From a virus (lineage: Duplodnaviria > Caudoviricetes), in IMG/VR virus record IMGVR_UViG_3300020172_002336, positions 1 to 62,525 of that record: a stretch of 62,525 bases of DNA. One strand, 5' to 3'. Under the pieces are notes generated by a model. The model saw nothing but the letters and a program-made list of their open reading frames with translations. It was not told the origin of the DNA and made no database searches. This document shows positions 48,232 through 58,123 of this stretch, piece by piece; position 1 is the stretch's first letter; each line of letters opens with the position of its first letter. The position numbers were made by a program, and so were the translations under genes.

Positions 48232-49218
48232 TTACCCGGCGAGGACGATGGCCTGAGCCAGCGCAGTACCGTCAACCACCTTGTAGCCGTAGACCTGCAG
48301 GCCGCGCAGAATCTGACCGAAGGTGCGCTCCGAGCGAAGCGTCTCCATGTTCGTCATCTGCGACGCGAAGGTCAGGCCGTGGGCGTGACCGGCGTAGACC
48401 GCGTACTCGCCAGCGGCGAGGCCACCAGCCACACCATTCGGAAGCAGGTTGGACACGTAGACCGTAAAGCGGTCGACCATGCCGATGCGGCCGTTGCGGA
48501 TCATCGTGACGCCATCGCCAGACATGTAAGCCTGACGGAGTTCCGACTTCTTGATGAGCGTGCTCATCCACGTCGGGATGACGACCCAGCGGCCCGCTTC
48601 GGGGATGTTGCGCTCGTCCAGCACCTGACCGAGGCGCAGGAGGACATCGAGGACGTCGACCTGACCCGCAGCCGGGCTGTTCGCCACGACGGTCAGGGGG
48701 GTGCCCGTCACGCCGAGGTTGATGTTGGCCGAGTAGAAGCCCGCCGTCGCGCCGCGATTGGTGGTGGCAGTGGCACCGTTGAGGATGCCGAGCAGGACCG
48801 CGGAGTCGATCGTGATCTTCATCTGCTGAGCGGCGTCGTCGGACCACAGGGACATGTTGTTCACGTCCGACTGGATCTTCATCACGTCGTCGAGCATCGT
48901 GTTGAAGTACTTGCCTTGGTCGATGTTCAGCACGACCACGGTACCGACCGGACGTTCGACCGTCAGATCGCCGCCCGCGAGGTAGTCGCGGATGGTCACG
49001 GTCGGCTTGGTGCGAATGTTCACCTTGTCGCCGTGGGCCTTGATCTCGCCCTCGTAGTCGGTGTTGCTGATCGCAGCCAGCACGGTGGCGGCGTAGAACT
49101 TCTCGATCAGCTTGCCAGACCAAATCTCCGGGATGAACACACCCGTCATGGTCGGCATCGAGGTGCCAGAAGGATATACTGCGGGGGTAGTGCCGCCCGT
49201 TGCAAGACCGAAAGCCAT
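48232..49218 (-). CDS. Major capsid protein
   Basis: FIPEIWSGKL..KFY...V...ISNTDYEGEI...GD.V.I, LDE.N.P..GRW, RGLQVYG.KV; AGGAGG SD; strong codon bias. Confidence 0.92.
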   Translation of the reverse strand: MAFGLATGGTTPAVYPSGTSMPTMTGVFIPEIWSGKLIEKFYAATVLAAISNTDYEGEIKAHGDKVNIRTKPTVTIRDYLAGGDLTVERPVGTVVVLNIDQGKYFNTMLDDVMKIQSDVNNMSLWSDDAAQQMKITIDSAVLLGILNGATATTNRGATAGFYSANINLGVTGTPLTVVANSPAAGQVDVLDVLLRLGQVLDERNIPEAGRWVVIPTWMSTLIKKSELRQAYMSGDGVTMIRNGRIGMVDRFTVYVSNLLPNGVAGGLAAGEYAVYAGHAHGLTFASQMTNMETLRSERTFGQILRGLQVYGYKVVDGTALAQAIVLAG

Positions 49219-49267
49219 GGTAGCCTCCTAATTACCGGGGGATACCATGGTGGTCGGCCCCCGTCGG

Positions 49268-50314
49268 TTAAATGATGCGGTTTTCAGTGCCAGCCAAGAT
49301 GATCTCGGCTTCGTACCCGGCTGCTTCGGCTTCCCTGCCACGATAGAACCCACGGTTCTTCGCGTCGTAGAAAGCTTTGACATCGGCTCGGGTGTAGATG
49401 GGTTTCTGGGGCGACGGCGTAACCGGCGTCTGTACGCGAGCGCGTCCCGGTGCTGCGAGGCTTTCCAGTGGGACCTTCGGCTGCCGCGGGGCCTGCGGAG
49501 CAGGGGGAGCGGTAGGGTCGGTCTCAGGCTGTGTGCCCGTGCTTCCGGGGTTCTCAGCGAGGAACCCGTTGCAGATTGCGAGGACCCGGGGGCCGTCGAT
49601 CGACAGCCAAGCCGTTTCCAGCAGTTCCTGACGAATAGCACCACTAATCGGATCGCGCAAGTGGAGCCACGCCTTAAAATCGTCAGAGACGTTCACCGCC
49701 TCAAAGTCAATCTGCGTGTTGAGCCAGTTGCGCATGTTGGTTTCGCGCTCGATGGCGATGTTTTCCGCAGTTGCGTTGACCACGGGGGCGACCGTCTGCA
49801 GCGCCTTCGCTGCCTTGGCTTCGGCGATGCGGGCGATTGTCGCGGTGAGGTCCGGACCCCACGCTTCGAGTTCTTCCGCGGTAAACCCGTCGTCCACGTT
49901 CGAGGCAACCGGCGTGGGTTGCGGCGTCGGCGCGGCGCGGCGAGCCGTCAACTCTGCGGTGAGGTCGGCGATCATCTTCTGATCTTTGGCCTGTTGGATC
50001 TTAAAACGACCCTGCAAGGACTTGTACGAGTGCTCCCACTTCGCCTCGGGGGTGCCCGGCGTCGCGGGAGGCGGCAGTTCATCGTCACCCTGAGGGGTAA
50101 CAATAGCTACTGGCGTCGCGTTCGGGTCGACGACCGTCTGCGGATCCACCACTGGAACGGGTGGAGCGTTCGGATCCACTGGCGCAAGAGACGCGATGTA
50201 CTCGGCTTGGATGCGATCGGCTTCACTGCCCGCGGTGCGGACGGCGGCGGGAGCGTATTCAGGCGTCGGGGCGACAACTGCGGGGGTCTCAGACACTTGC
50301 GGGGCGGGCGACAT
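49268..50314 (-). CDS. Scaffolding protein
   Basis: WEH.YKSLQGR, F.AWL...DPISG..RQ.LL, EIILA..ENRI; immediately upstream of capsid. Confidence 0.75.
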   Translation of the reverse strand: MSPAPQVSETPAVVAPTPEYAPAAVRTAGSEADRIQAEYIASLAPVDPNAPPVPVVDPQTVVDPNATPVAIVTPQGDDELPPPATPGTPEAKWEHSYKSLQGRFKIQQAKDQKMIADLTAELTARRAAPTPQPTPVASNVDDGFTAEELEAWGPDLTATIARIAEAKAAKALQTVAPVVNATAENIAIERETNMRNWLNTQIDFEAVNVSDDFKAWLHLRDPISGAIRQELLETAWLSIDGPRVLAICNGFLAENPGSTGTQPETDPTAPPAPQAPRQPKVPLESLAAPGRARVQTPVTPSPQKPIYTRADVKAFYDAKNRGFYRGREAEAAGYEAEIILAGTENRII

Positions 50315-50579
50315 TCATTTTCTCCTCGTATTGCCGGGTTTTGGTGGAACTTTCGACCAGCAGAACCATCAGTTCGTGCATGATCTGGGCTCGGCCCTGT
50401 TGATTTAGGATCTTGCCTTCCGGGGCCGTGACGGTAAGCATTATTTCACGGCTTTCCCAAGCACCGATGACGTTCAAAAACGCCGAAAATTCGCTGGGAG
50501 CAGCCGTTTTGAGGTAGTGCATCGCCATCGACAACCCAACTTTGGGGTCTTTGACGTCTTGGTTGGCCGGGGGAGCCAT
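50289..50579 (-). CDS. Hypothetical head-module protein
   Basis: QQGRAQ motif; between portal and scaffold. Confidence 0.65.
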   Translation of the reverse strand: MAPPANQDVKDPKVGLSMAMHYLKTAAPSEFSAFLNVIGAWESREIMLTVTAPEGKILNQQGRAQIMHELMVLLVESSTKTRQYEEKMNVARPASV

Positions 50580-50593
50580 GCGGAGGGTCCTTA

Positions 50594-50869
50594 TTACTCG
50601 ATCTTGATGCCCTTCGTACCCATCGCCTCGATGTCGGCGTAGGTGGTGAGCGCACCAGCGCCGGAAGGGGTCGCTTTTGCGTACATGCTCATGGTCCGGT
50701 CCGCAGGAGACCCACCCGTGAGCTTGGAAAGGGCGTGGCGGTTGGGCAGCATTTCTTGACGCGAGCCTTTACCAGTCGCCACAAAGTTCTTTTTCCCGCT
50801 GTGTTGACCCAGCGCGTTCTTATTGCCCCAACCACCGCCCATTTTCATGGGCTTTGTACGCATAGCCAT
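50594..50869 (-). CDS. Hypothetical basic protein
   Basis: TAATG coupling. Confidence 0.6.
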   Translation of the reverse strand: MAMRTKPMKMGGGWGNKNALGQHSGKKNFVATGKGSRQEMLPNRHALSKLTGGSPADRTMSMYAKATPSGAGALTTYADIEAMGTKGIKIE

Positions 50870-51177
50870 TAGCTGGCCGCGGAGTTACCCGGGCGCGCGG
50901 CGCGCGAGCCGGTGAAGCCGTGCATCGAGGTCTTGCCCCCCGACGCGAACTGGGCACCCTTGCCGCGGGCGTCGTTGCTCGTTGAACCAGCGACAGCCGG
51001 ATTCGCGCCGCCCGGCCCAAACATGTGGCCGGATCCACCCTTGGCGTACTTGCCTTCGCTGGAACCTTCCTGCGAAGACCCACCGGGAACCTGCGTGCCG
51101 CCACCGTTCTGCTTGATGGAGCCGCTGCCGCCGCCATGAGCCCACGCGGGGCTCGACTTCGAAATGCTCTTAGCCAT
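50869..51177 (-). CDS. Hypothetical Gly/Ser-rich protein
   Basis: AAGGAG SD; repeated (W/Y/F)AxGG. Confidence 0.6.
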   Translation of the reverse strand: MAKSISKSSPAWAHGGGSGSIKQNGGGTQVPGGSSQEGSSEGKYAKGGSGHMFGPGGANPAVAGSTSNDARGKGAQFASGGKTSMHGFTGSRAARPGNSAAS

Positions 51178-51218
51178 GATTTTCTCCTTACCCCGAAAAT
51201 GTAGCCGTCAGGCTACCA

Positions 51219-53354
51219 TTATCCAACACCGCCCGCAATGCGCTGCTGCGAGTTCTCACGAGGCCCCATGTCCTGCGTGGCCTGAGGAGGCGTCTGCCCC
51301 GGGACCTGCCCACCCGACCCATCTTCCGGATGGGGCGCACCCATGCCCGCGGAGCCGGGGACGCCTTGGTTAGCGGCAAGCTGCTCGGCCTGTCGCTGTT
51401 GTTCCTCGATCTGGTCGGACGTCGGCACGATGTCCGCGCCCTGCATGCCGAGGGTCTCGGCCACCGACCGGAGCACCGCGGCGCGTCCCTTCGGACCCAT
51501 GATCTGGGTGTCGATCGGGTTGCCCGTGATCTGGAGGAACTCCAACTGGCGGCTGCGCTGCGTCTCGCGCTGCATGGCGACCGCGACACCCTTCACGACG
51601 AGACGCTCGGTCCCGTCAAGAATGTCAGTGGTATCGGTCAGGAGCACCATGTCGAGCAGCCCGTGAAGCAACGGATCCATCACGTCGCGGTCGATATTCG
51701 CCGCCACCGTCTGGAGGATCTTGGACGCGTTGCCCATGAGCATGGCGAGGCCGGACGCTGTACGCCCAGCGCCACCACCGGGAGAGTTACCCTGCAGGTA
51801 ACGTGGGATGGCAGAGACGTCGTCGCCCATGTCGATCAGGGCTTTGAAGACGTTCAACAGGTTCGCGGAGTTATCCTGCGGTTGGAAAAAGTCGATCGGC
51901 TTGTTGGACGTGCTCGACCCGCCGAGCGGATCGCTCGTGACGTGCCAGCGTTTCCACGGGTAAAGCTCGTCGCCCGTCTCGATACCCGAGAGTCGGTCGT
52001 CGTTGACCACCACCTGCGGACCCGAGGAGATCGCGATGTTGTTCATCAGCGATCTGTAGACCGAGTTCGCCGCTTCCTGAATGTCCGCGAGGATGTCGGG
52101 GAGCGCGTTGCCCACGACGGTGCCCGGGACCTTCTCGAAAGAGGTAATAAAATACGGATGTCGACGACGCGGGCTCGGTGCCATCTGCACCTTGATGACG
52201 TAGCTGCCGATCATCCACGCCTCGATGGCGTAGTCCCTCAGTGGGTCAGGCACTTCCTCCGACGTCATGCCGTACTGCAGGAGCATCATACCCTGCACGT
52301 TGCCGTGGTATTCGAGTGCCGTAATCAGGCGTGATTGGTTGTATATTGGGTTTTCTTTGCTCTCCAGCGACGCGCGAGAGCTATCCGTCGTGTCCCACTC
52401 CATGTTCAGGCCGCCCTGACCGTACTCACGGAGGACGTTCTTGATGGCTTCGTGGTTGTAGCCGGGTAGATCGAGAAGCTGGTTGAGTTCCGCTCGGGAG
52501 AACCGGATCCGCTCAATGACCGCGGCGTCCTCGATGTCGCTCACACCCGGCGTGAACCAGATGTCGAACGGCGAAATGCGGCTGTACGTGAGCCGCGGGC
52601 GGCTGACTTGGATGGGCTTGCCTCCCTGCCAGTCGATCTCGTTGAAGATCTTGACGGTCGGACCCTTGATGCACGCGAACGGAAACAGCGGCAGGTCGAC
52701 GATAAACTCAGCCAGAGCCTTATAAAACCCACCCTGCTGGAGGAGGTCATCGAGTTTGTCTTCCGCGACGTTGGTGCGGTCGACGGCCTTGCGCTTGAGA
52801 CCTTGTTTGACGCTGTTCAACAGCGCCATCGTGCGGTCTCGGATCGTGTCGGGGTCGACGGGCTGGCCGCTCTCGGCGCTGTCCCGCATCTCGATCTCGA
52901 CCTTGCCCACGACCGCCCGCAGCGCTTCGACGGAGATGTCCGGCTCGCCCGGTGGCGCAAACCCCCAAGGCCGGTCGGCGTTCAGATACACATCTCGCAA
53001 GAGCGAACTCGCGCCACGGCACTTCATGGCGATGATGCGGGCGTAGATCTGGGAGCCGCCGAATTTAGCGATTTCAGCGATCTTATCGGGCTCGTACTGA
53101 CCGTTGAAGGCACGCAGCGCAGACAACAGGCGGTTCGACCAACCGGACTGACCGTTGTCGCGGTGTCGTTTGAAGACGTCCCATTCCGACCTGATATACC
53201 CGGACAGACCCGTCGCCACCTGATCCGACACCGGGTTCGATGCAGCCTGCTGCGCCCGCACTTCTGCCTGCGCCGCGTCTAGCTGCTCGTTGTTCAGTAC
53301 CGGGATCATCCCCGCGCTAGCGGGAACTGGAGGTAACACGGCCGTCTCAGCCAT
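51219..53354 (-). CDS. Portal protein
   Basis: ALRAFNGQY, KGP, RISPFD..F.P, N.AISSGPQV, RTASGLAMLMGNA; adjacent to terminase and scaffold. Confidence 0.88.
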   Translation of the reverse strand: MAETAVLPPVPASAGMIPVLNNEQLDAAQAEVRAQQAASNPVSDQVATGLSGYIRSEWDVFKRHRDNGQSGWSNRLLSALRAFNGQYEPDKIAEIAKFGGSQIYARIIAMKCRGASSLLRDVYLNADRPWGFAPPGEPDISVEALRAVVGKVEIEMRDSAESGQPVDPDTIRDRTMALLNSVKQGLKRKAVDRTNVAEDKLDDLLQQGGFYKALAEFIVDLPLFPFACIKGPTVKIFNEIDWQGGKPIQVSRPRLTYSRISPFDIWFTPGVSDIEDAAVIERIRFSRAELNQLLDLPGYNHEAIKNVLREYGQGGLNMEWDTTDSSRASLESKENPIYNQSRLITALEYHGNVQGMMLLQYGMTSEEVPDPLRDYAIEAWMIGSYVIKVQMAPSPRRRHPYFITSFEKVPGTVVGNALPDILADIQEAANSVYRSLMNNIAISSGPQVVVNDDRLSGIETGDELYPWKRWHVTSDPLGGSSTSNKPIDFFQPQDNSANLLNVFKALIDMGDDVSAIPRYLQGNSPGGGAGRTASGLAMLMGNASKILQTVAANIDRDVMDPLLHGLLDMVLLTDTTDILDGTERLVVKGVAVAMQRETQRSRQLEFLQITGNPIDTQIMGPKGRAAVLRSVAETLGMQGADIVPTSDQIEEQQRQAEQLAANQGVPGSAGMGAPHPEDGSGGQVPGQTPPQATQDMGPRENSQQRIAGGVG

Positions 53355-53432
53355 TACTGGTCTTTCCTCGACTATGGGCCGGGGTTCGGCATATAGTACC
53401 ATTAAGCCACCAATCCCCGGAGAAATCAAACA

Positions 53433-54104
53433 GTGGTTACACCGTCCCCCGCTTTCGGCAATGCCAGCGCAACACAGGCCGACCCCTGCGCACAACTCCT
53501 GTTGGATGAGACCATGCTGCAGCGGCTCGCCAACGAGCTAGCCCGCGGCCTGTACGAGCCCGAGGACGTGCTTCGGATGTACGGCCTGACCCCCGAGTTG
53601 TTCAACGAGCGGGTCAAGGACAACAAGTCCTTCATGACGTTCTACGCCGAGGGGTACGCGATCTGGAACGCCTCGTCGAACTCCAAGGAGCGCACCCGCT
53701 CCAAGGCCGGTGTCATCTACGAACAGTGGATGCGCGAGGCCAACCGCCTTCTGCACGACCCCGCCAACCCGATGGCCGCCAAGGTCGAACTGGCCAAGCA
53801 CTTCGCCAAGCTCGCCGATCTGGAGCCGGTGCGCGAGGCCGACGCTGGCCCGAGCAACGGCGTCCACGTCACAATCAATCTGGACCACGCCCGGATCCAC
53901 CCACAGACGATCACCATCGACAAGGTTATAGATGCACAGGCGGTCGAAGTGGCTTCCGCGTTACCCTCACAGGTAACGCCACCGGAGGCTGCTCCGACTG
54001 CCAGTGCGCCGGTCGCTAGTGCACCGGAGCACGCCGCGTCGCTTGACGCGTTCAGACCGTCGCAGCAGACGGCCTCGGTAATTTGGCCGGGCGCTACCCG
54101 ATGA
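53433..54104 (+). CDS. Putative terminase small subunit
   Basis: N-terminal HTH-like segment, helices, VTINL; ATGA-coupled to large terminase; start uncertain. Confidence 0.6.
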   Translation: MVTPSPAFGNASATQADPCAQLLLDETMLQRLANELARGLYEPEDVLRMYGLTPELFNERVKDNKSFMTFYAEGYAIWNASSNSKERTRSKAGVIYEQWMREANRLLHDPANPMAAKVELAKHFAKLADLEPVREADAGPSNGVHVTINLDHARIHPQTITIDKVIDAQAVEVASALPSQVTPPEAAPTASAPVASAPEHAASLDAFRPSQQTASVIWPGATR

Positions 54105-55543
54105 GTACGCGCGAGATCAAGTTCACGCCGCCGCAGACCGTCGCCGACTTCATGGTCTCGGAGGCGTTCTTCCGGCTTATCGCAGGTCCCGTGGGCTCGG
54201 CCAAGACGACCGGCTGCATCTTCGAACTCTACCGCCGCGCCGCGGAGCAGAAGCCAGCACCGGACGGTTATCGCTACACGCGCTTCGCCATCGTGCGGCA
54301 GACCCTGCAGCAGATGAAGGCCACGATCCTCAAGGACATCCTGCAGTGGCTGCCCGGCATGGCCCATTGGAAGGTGTCAGACAGCACGATCTACATCGAG
54401 TGCGGTGACATCCGGAGCGAGTGGCTGCTTATCCCGCTGGAGAACATCCAAGATCAGGACCGCCTGCTGTCGTCCCAGTTGACCGGCTGCTGGATCTCGG
54501 AGTGCATCGAGATCGACGCCGATCTGGTCCCCGCGATCGCAGGGCGCTGCAACCGTTATCCGAACGCGCTCATGGGCGGCTGCACGTGGTCGGGCATCAT
54601 CGCCGACACCAACATGCCCGAGGAGGGCGGCCGCTGGCACTATCTCATGGAGGTCGACACGCCCGCGGACTGGCAGGTCTTCACTCAGCCCGGAGGTCTC
54701 ACCGACGAAGCTGAAAATCTGGAGTGGCTCAATCAGACGCCTGAAACTTTGGCGCTCCCCGAAAAGGACCCGGTACGCCGGGCACGCGGGCGCATGTACT
54801 ACGAGCGGCTGGCCCGCAATCCTTCCCCTGCTTGGGTACGACGCTACGTTCATGCTCAGTATGGTATTGATCCCAGCGGTTCGGCAGTCTTTGCGTCTAC
54901 CTTCCGCCGAGACCAGCACGTCGTCGAACGGATCGACTACGTCGCCCCGGGGCGTCTGTTGATCGTCGGACAGGACTTCGGCCGAGACCCGTGCTCGGTC
55001 ATCCTGCAGCCTAACGACCGCGGACAGTTGATGGTTCTGGAGGAGGTAATGGCCGACGACATCGGCCTGCAGCTTCATCTCCAGAACAACCTGCGCCCCC
55101 GCCTCATGGACCCTCGGTATCTGGGCTGCCCGGTGGTCGTCATCGGTGACCCGGCAGGCGTCGCCAAGGACAGCCTCTACGAGATCACGTCGTTCGATAT
55201 GCTGCGCTCCAACGGCTTCACAGCGTATCCAGCACCGACAAACGATCTGGATCCACGTATTCGGGCCGTCGAATACTGGCTCATGATAAACGGGCCGGGT
55301 TTGGTTATCGACGGCTCACGTTGCCCCAATCTCGTGCTTGCGCTCAACGGTGGGTATAGGTTCAAGAAAGACAAGATGCAGGAGAACGCAGCCAAGCCGA
55401 TGAAGAACAACTTCTCGCACGTCTCGGACGCCCTGCAGTACGGTTGCATGGGCGCGATGTCGGGGACGATGGGGATGATCCAGCGACAATTGTTCAAGCG
55501 GCCGTCGCAGGCACCCCGGTTTACCGCGGCGGCGTGGACCTAA
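54101..55543 (+). CDS. terL: Terminase large subunit
   Basis: GPVGSAKT, TRFAIVRQT, DTNMP, GQDFGRDP, GDPAG, SHVSDALQY. Confidence 0.92.
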   Translation: MSTREIKFTPPQTVADFMVSEAFFRLIAGPVGSAKTTGCIFELYRRAAEQKPAPDGYRYTRFAIVRQTLQQMKATILKDILQWLPGMAHWKVSDSTIYIECGDIRSEWLLIPLENIQDQDRLLSSQLTGCWISECIEIDADLVPAIAGRCNRYPNALMGGCTWSGIIADTNMPEEGGRWHYLMEVDTPADWQVFTQPGGLTDEAENLEWLNQTPETLALPEKDPVRRARGRMYYERLARNPSPAWVRRYVHAQYGIDPSGSAVFASTFRRDQHVVERIDYVAPGRLLIVGQDFGRDPCSVILQPNDRGQLMVLEEVMADDIGLQLHLQNNLRPRLMDPRYLGCPVVVIGDPAGVAKDSLYEITSFDMLRSNGFTAYPAPTNDLDPRIRAVEYWLMINGPGLVIDGSRCPNLVLALNGGYRFKKDKMQENAAKPMKNNFSHVSDALQYGCMGAMSGTMGMIQRQLFKRPSQAPRFTAAAWT

Positions 55544-55935
55544 CCCGGCCCGTTGTACTTATCGTGCATCGACCACTTGAGGTGCTCGACGGCACCGAGG
55601 CAGGCGCACCAACTTCCTGTCGATGCGTAGAACGCCCGTGTCATCGTGCCGTCCTGATGTAACAGGAACGCTCCTACACCGATGACTTTGTTGGGACCTG
55701 ACGACTTGGCGATCTCCATCACCTGATCGAGCACGCCCTGTACTTCCGGATCCATGGGGGCGTCGACGTCGACAGCCTGCTTGTCGAAGATCCCGACGAC
55801 TTTAGGTATACGCGGCACGTGCGGCACGGGGGCGATCACTTCCGCGGCCTTGCGCTCATTGGCTTCCTTGACCGCCGCATCCAGCGTCGCGCACACGGCG
55901 TCCATATCGACCTTGTCGTTGCTCATATGCTCCAC
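55540..55935 (-). CDS. Hypothetical protein
   Basis: ORF converging on terL; LGAVEHLK helix. Confidence 0.65.
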   Translation of the reverse strand: MEHMSNDKVDMDAVCATLDAAVKEANERKAAEVIAPVPHVPRIPKVVGIFDKQAVDVDAPMDPEVQGVLDQVMEIAKSSGPNKVIGVGAFLLHQDGTMTRAFYASTGSWCACLGAVEHLKWSMHDKYNGPG

Positions 55936-56059
55936 CTTCGGAAAGTCATATACCCGTAGGACCTGCTAACCCTCGACGGGGTGTTGTTCCAGATACGCAT
56001 CCTGATCTCAGCGCGCAGCCAAGACCAGTCTATTTTTGATTGTCGGATTTGTTTGTCGG

Positions 56060-56491
56060 TCATGGCTTGAACACCTCCTCTAGATCCTTACCGCGACGCC
56101 AGCGAGCGTACGCTTTTTCGTAGGGCACTCCCGCATCGCGAGCGTGCTCGGCGAGCGTCTGGTCCTTACCTTTGTAGGTAATGGTCCCACGGTGGCGCGT
56201 CGCTTTGTTCAAGATCCGGTACCCGTCAGACACGAGGGCGTCGCGCACCTGCGTCTCGTCGGCCGCGCTCCACGCCGTGTACGCCCAACCGTCCAAGGGG
56301 AATTTGTCCATACCCCGCACGGGGAGCTTGAAGCCAGCGCCGGCAGCCGCTCGCTTGAAGTTGTAGACCCAGATGCTCGCGCGGTGGCGCAGGTCGCTGG
56401 ACGTCCCCACGAACGCTACTTTTTCGGGTTCGTCGCGGGCCAGCACGAACACCCCGGCAGTGTGTGGCGGGTCACCTCTTACTTGCAGCAT
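56060..56491 (-). CDS. GIY-YIG-like protein with C-terminal HTH
   Basis: AGVFVL...AFVGTSSDLRHR; ITYKG..QTLAE.AR..GV......RW.RG. Confidence 0.6.
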   Translation of the reverse strand: MLQVRGDPPHTAGVFVLARDEPEKVAFVGTSSDLRHRASIWVYNFKRAAAGAGFKLPVRGMDKFPLDGWAYTAWSAADETQVRDALVSDGYRILNKATRHRGTITYKGKDQTLAEHARDAGVPYEKAYARWRRGKDLEEVFKP

Positions 56492-56946
56492 CAGGTCCTC
56501 TCCGGGATGTCTGCCTCGTCGAGCATCTTCTGCATCCTCGCCATGCTCGCCCCGATGGAAGTGTCTTCGGGCGACACGGGCGGCGTGAACGTCCGCACCT
56601 CGATGTGCCTGTCGAGCACGCTCATGTCCGGTGGCTCAAGCGTCTGCCCCTTGGGGTAAGTGCCCTCGATGGCCGCCTTGAGTGCCTGCAGAAAGTCTAC
56701 ATACAACCTACCATGTCTCGAATGGTGCACGTGGCAGATCGCCTGCGCAGTCATCACAGCCATCGCACCCAGCAGTGTGCGCTGCTCGACGTTCCGACCG
56801 ATTGCCTTGGCGATGCGCGCACAGAGCAGTTGCAACCTGACCGCGTCGGCCTCGCGCCGTTGGCGCTGTCTAACTTCTTCCTCAAGCGCAGCCTGCAGGT
56901 CGATCTTCTCGCCTCGCAGGATCTTGTCGGCGATGTCGTTGCTCAT
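56491..56946 (-). CDS. Hypothetical protein
   Basis: AAGGAG SD, ATGA overlap. Confidence 0.65.
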   Translation of the reverse strand: MSNDIADKILRGEKIDLQAALEEEVRQRQRREADAVRLQLLCARIAKAIGRNVEQRTLLGAMAVMTAQAICHVHHSRHGRLYVDFLQALKAAIEGTYPKGQTLEPPDMSVLDRHIEVRTFTPPVSPEDTSIGASMARMQKMLDEADIPERT

Positions 56947-57149
56947 CGGGTGGCTCCTTGCTGCCAGTCTATCGGGTTCAAGTAGTGGATGTTGCTGCGT
57001 GTGCTGGACCGGAACGTGTGCGCGGTCAGGTAAGAGCGGGTGTGGCACGATCTGCACCACGCAAAGACCGTTAGTTCGGTCTGGCTATCATGAATATCGT
57101 TTTCGGAGATGTTGCGGCCGCACTGGCAACGGATGAAGCGGTCTTTCAT
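56943..57149 (-). CDS. Small zinc-ribbon protein
   Basis: CQCG...WCRSC. Confidence 0.6.
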   Translation of the reverse strand: MKDRFIRCQCGRNISENDIHDSQTELTVFAWCRSCHTRSYLTAHTFRSSTRSNIHYLNPIDWQQGATR

Positions 57150-57155
57150 GCGAAT

Positions 57156-57192
57156 AACCTAGCATTACAGTAAGTAGATGTAAAGTAGGTAT
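57156..57192 (-). promoter_or_regulatory. Leftward promoter, probably leaderless
   Basis: Minus strand ATACCTACTTTACA, 17 bp, TAGGTT, 6 nt, ATG (57149). Confidence 0.6.
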
Positions 57193-57254
57193 ATTTGCTT
57201 TTTTCATAATCTCTATCAGGAACACCTAAGCCAGACCTGCGGCCCCCCACCCCC

Positions 57255-57780
57255 TGTCCAGTTACCCTCGGGGGTCCAAAAGGTGGACACGCAAACATGG
57301 GCAGAGGGTGCGCCGCTTGCTCTGCGGTTTCTTACGACCCTTAGATAATCCGGGCGCTGCAAGCCCGGCCCGTGACAGAACGGGCGGACCTCTAAGGCGG
57401 GGCCGATAAAAGGGGACTAGAATACCCCATGTGGCAGATAAGGTGACTTGGCGCTTTTAGCGCTCGCCGGGGGTAATACCCCGTAGCGCCAAGGGACACA
57501 AACTCTGACTCTCTCGTCACCAAATCCACGTAACAAATGCTCCGGCCATGGGCGGGCGGCTTACCTAACAAGGTAACGCGTGCCAGACGTAATGCTCCCT
57601 CGCTGCCATTTGCTCTACGAAAAGCCATGATAGGTATGGATTTGGTCGGACAACACCGCGAGGTAGAGGGAGAACAAGCGCACGAACGGCGAACCCGTTG
57701 CGATGCGCACCGCTGGACCGGTAAATACGGGATCAGCGGAAAGCGGGAAGGGAGCCGTTCAACGGCTCCCGTTCCCCAAG
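57255..57780 (+). ncRNA. Putative large structured non-coding RNA
   Basis: No credible ORF; many nested helices (see findings). Confidence 0.45.
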
Positions 57781-57869
57781 CCTATCGCACATTGGCGGTC
57801 ACATGGTCACACATATCGCATGGCTCGAACGGATGCGCGGTAGGCTTTGGGAACGTAACCCCGGAGGTA

Positions 57870-58070
57870 ATGATGTCCGCGCCTGCTATCTTGGGACTGC
57901 GTAGCTCAACGCGCCAGTGGCCCAATGCAATACCCTCGAAGCTCGGCCGTCAGGCCAAGGGCGTCTTGGTCTGGGCCACGCCCGACCCCATCAAGCGCGT
58001 GCGCACCACGCGTGGCGGCCACAAGATACTCGTGAACCGTGGCGAGGTGGTGCTGCGCGGCTCGCGCTAG
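57870..58070 (+). CDS. Small basic hypothetical protein
   Basis: GGAGGT SD then ATG. Confidence 0.55.
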   Translation: MMSAPAILGLRSSTRQWPNAIPSKLGRQAKGVLVWATPDPIKRVRTTRGGHKILVNRGEVVLRGSR

Positions 58071-58123
58071 GTTGTCAGGTGGGCTAGGCGACTAGCCTAC
58101 CGCATAACCTAACGGAGAGTGTA

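Noticed and set aside
23443-52334. Long + strand ORFs antisense to the late genes (e.g. 23443-24855, 25510-26619, 49247-50383) and 2944-4221, 16639-17850 on minus
   Set aside because: Shadow ORFs caused by GC-rich codon bias; no motifs, unlike the intein-nested HNHs
57392-57869. ORFs 57392-57628 (-) and the 5' part of 57537-58070 (+)
   Set aside because: No SD, atypical codon use; a better start with SD exists at 57870
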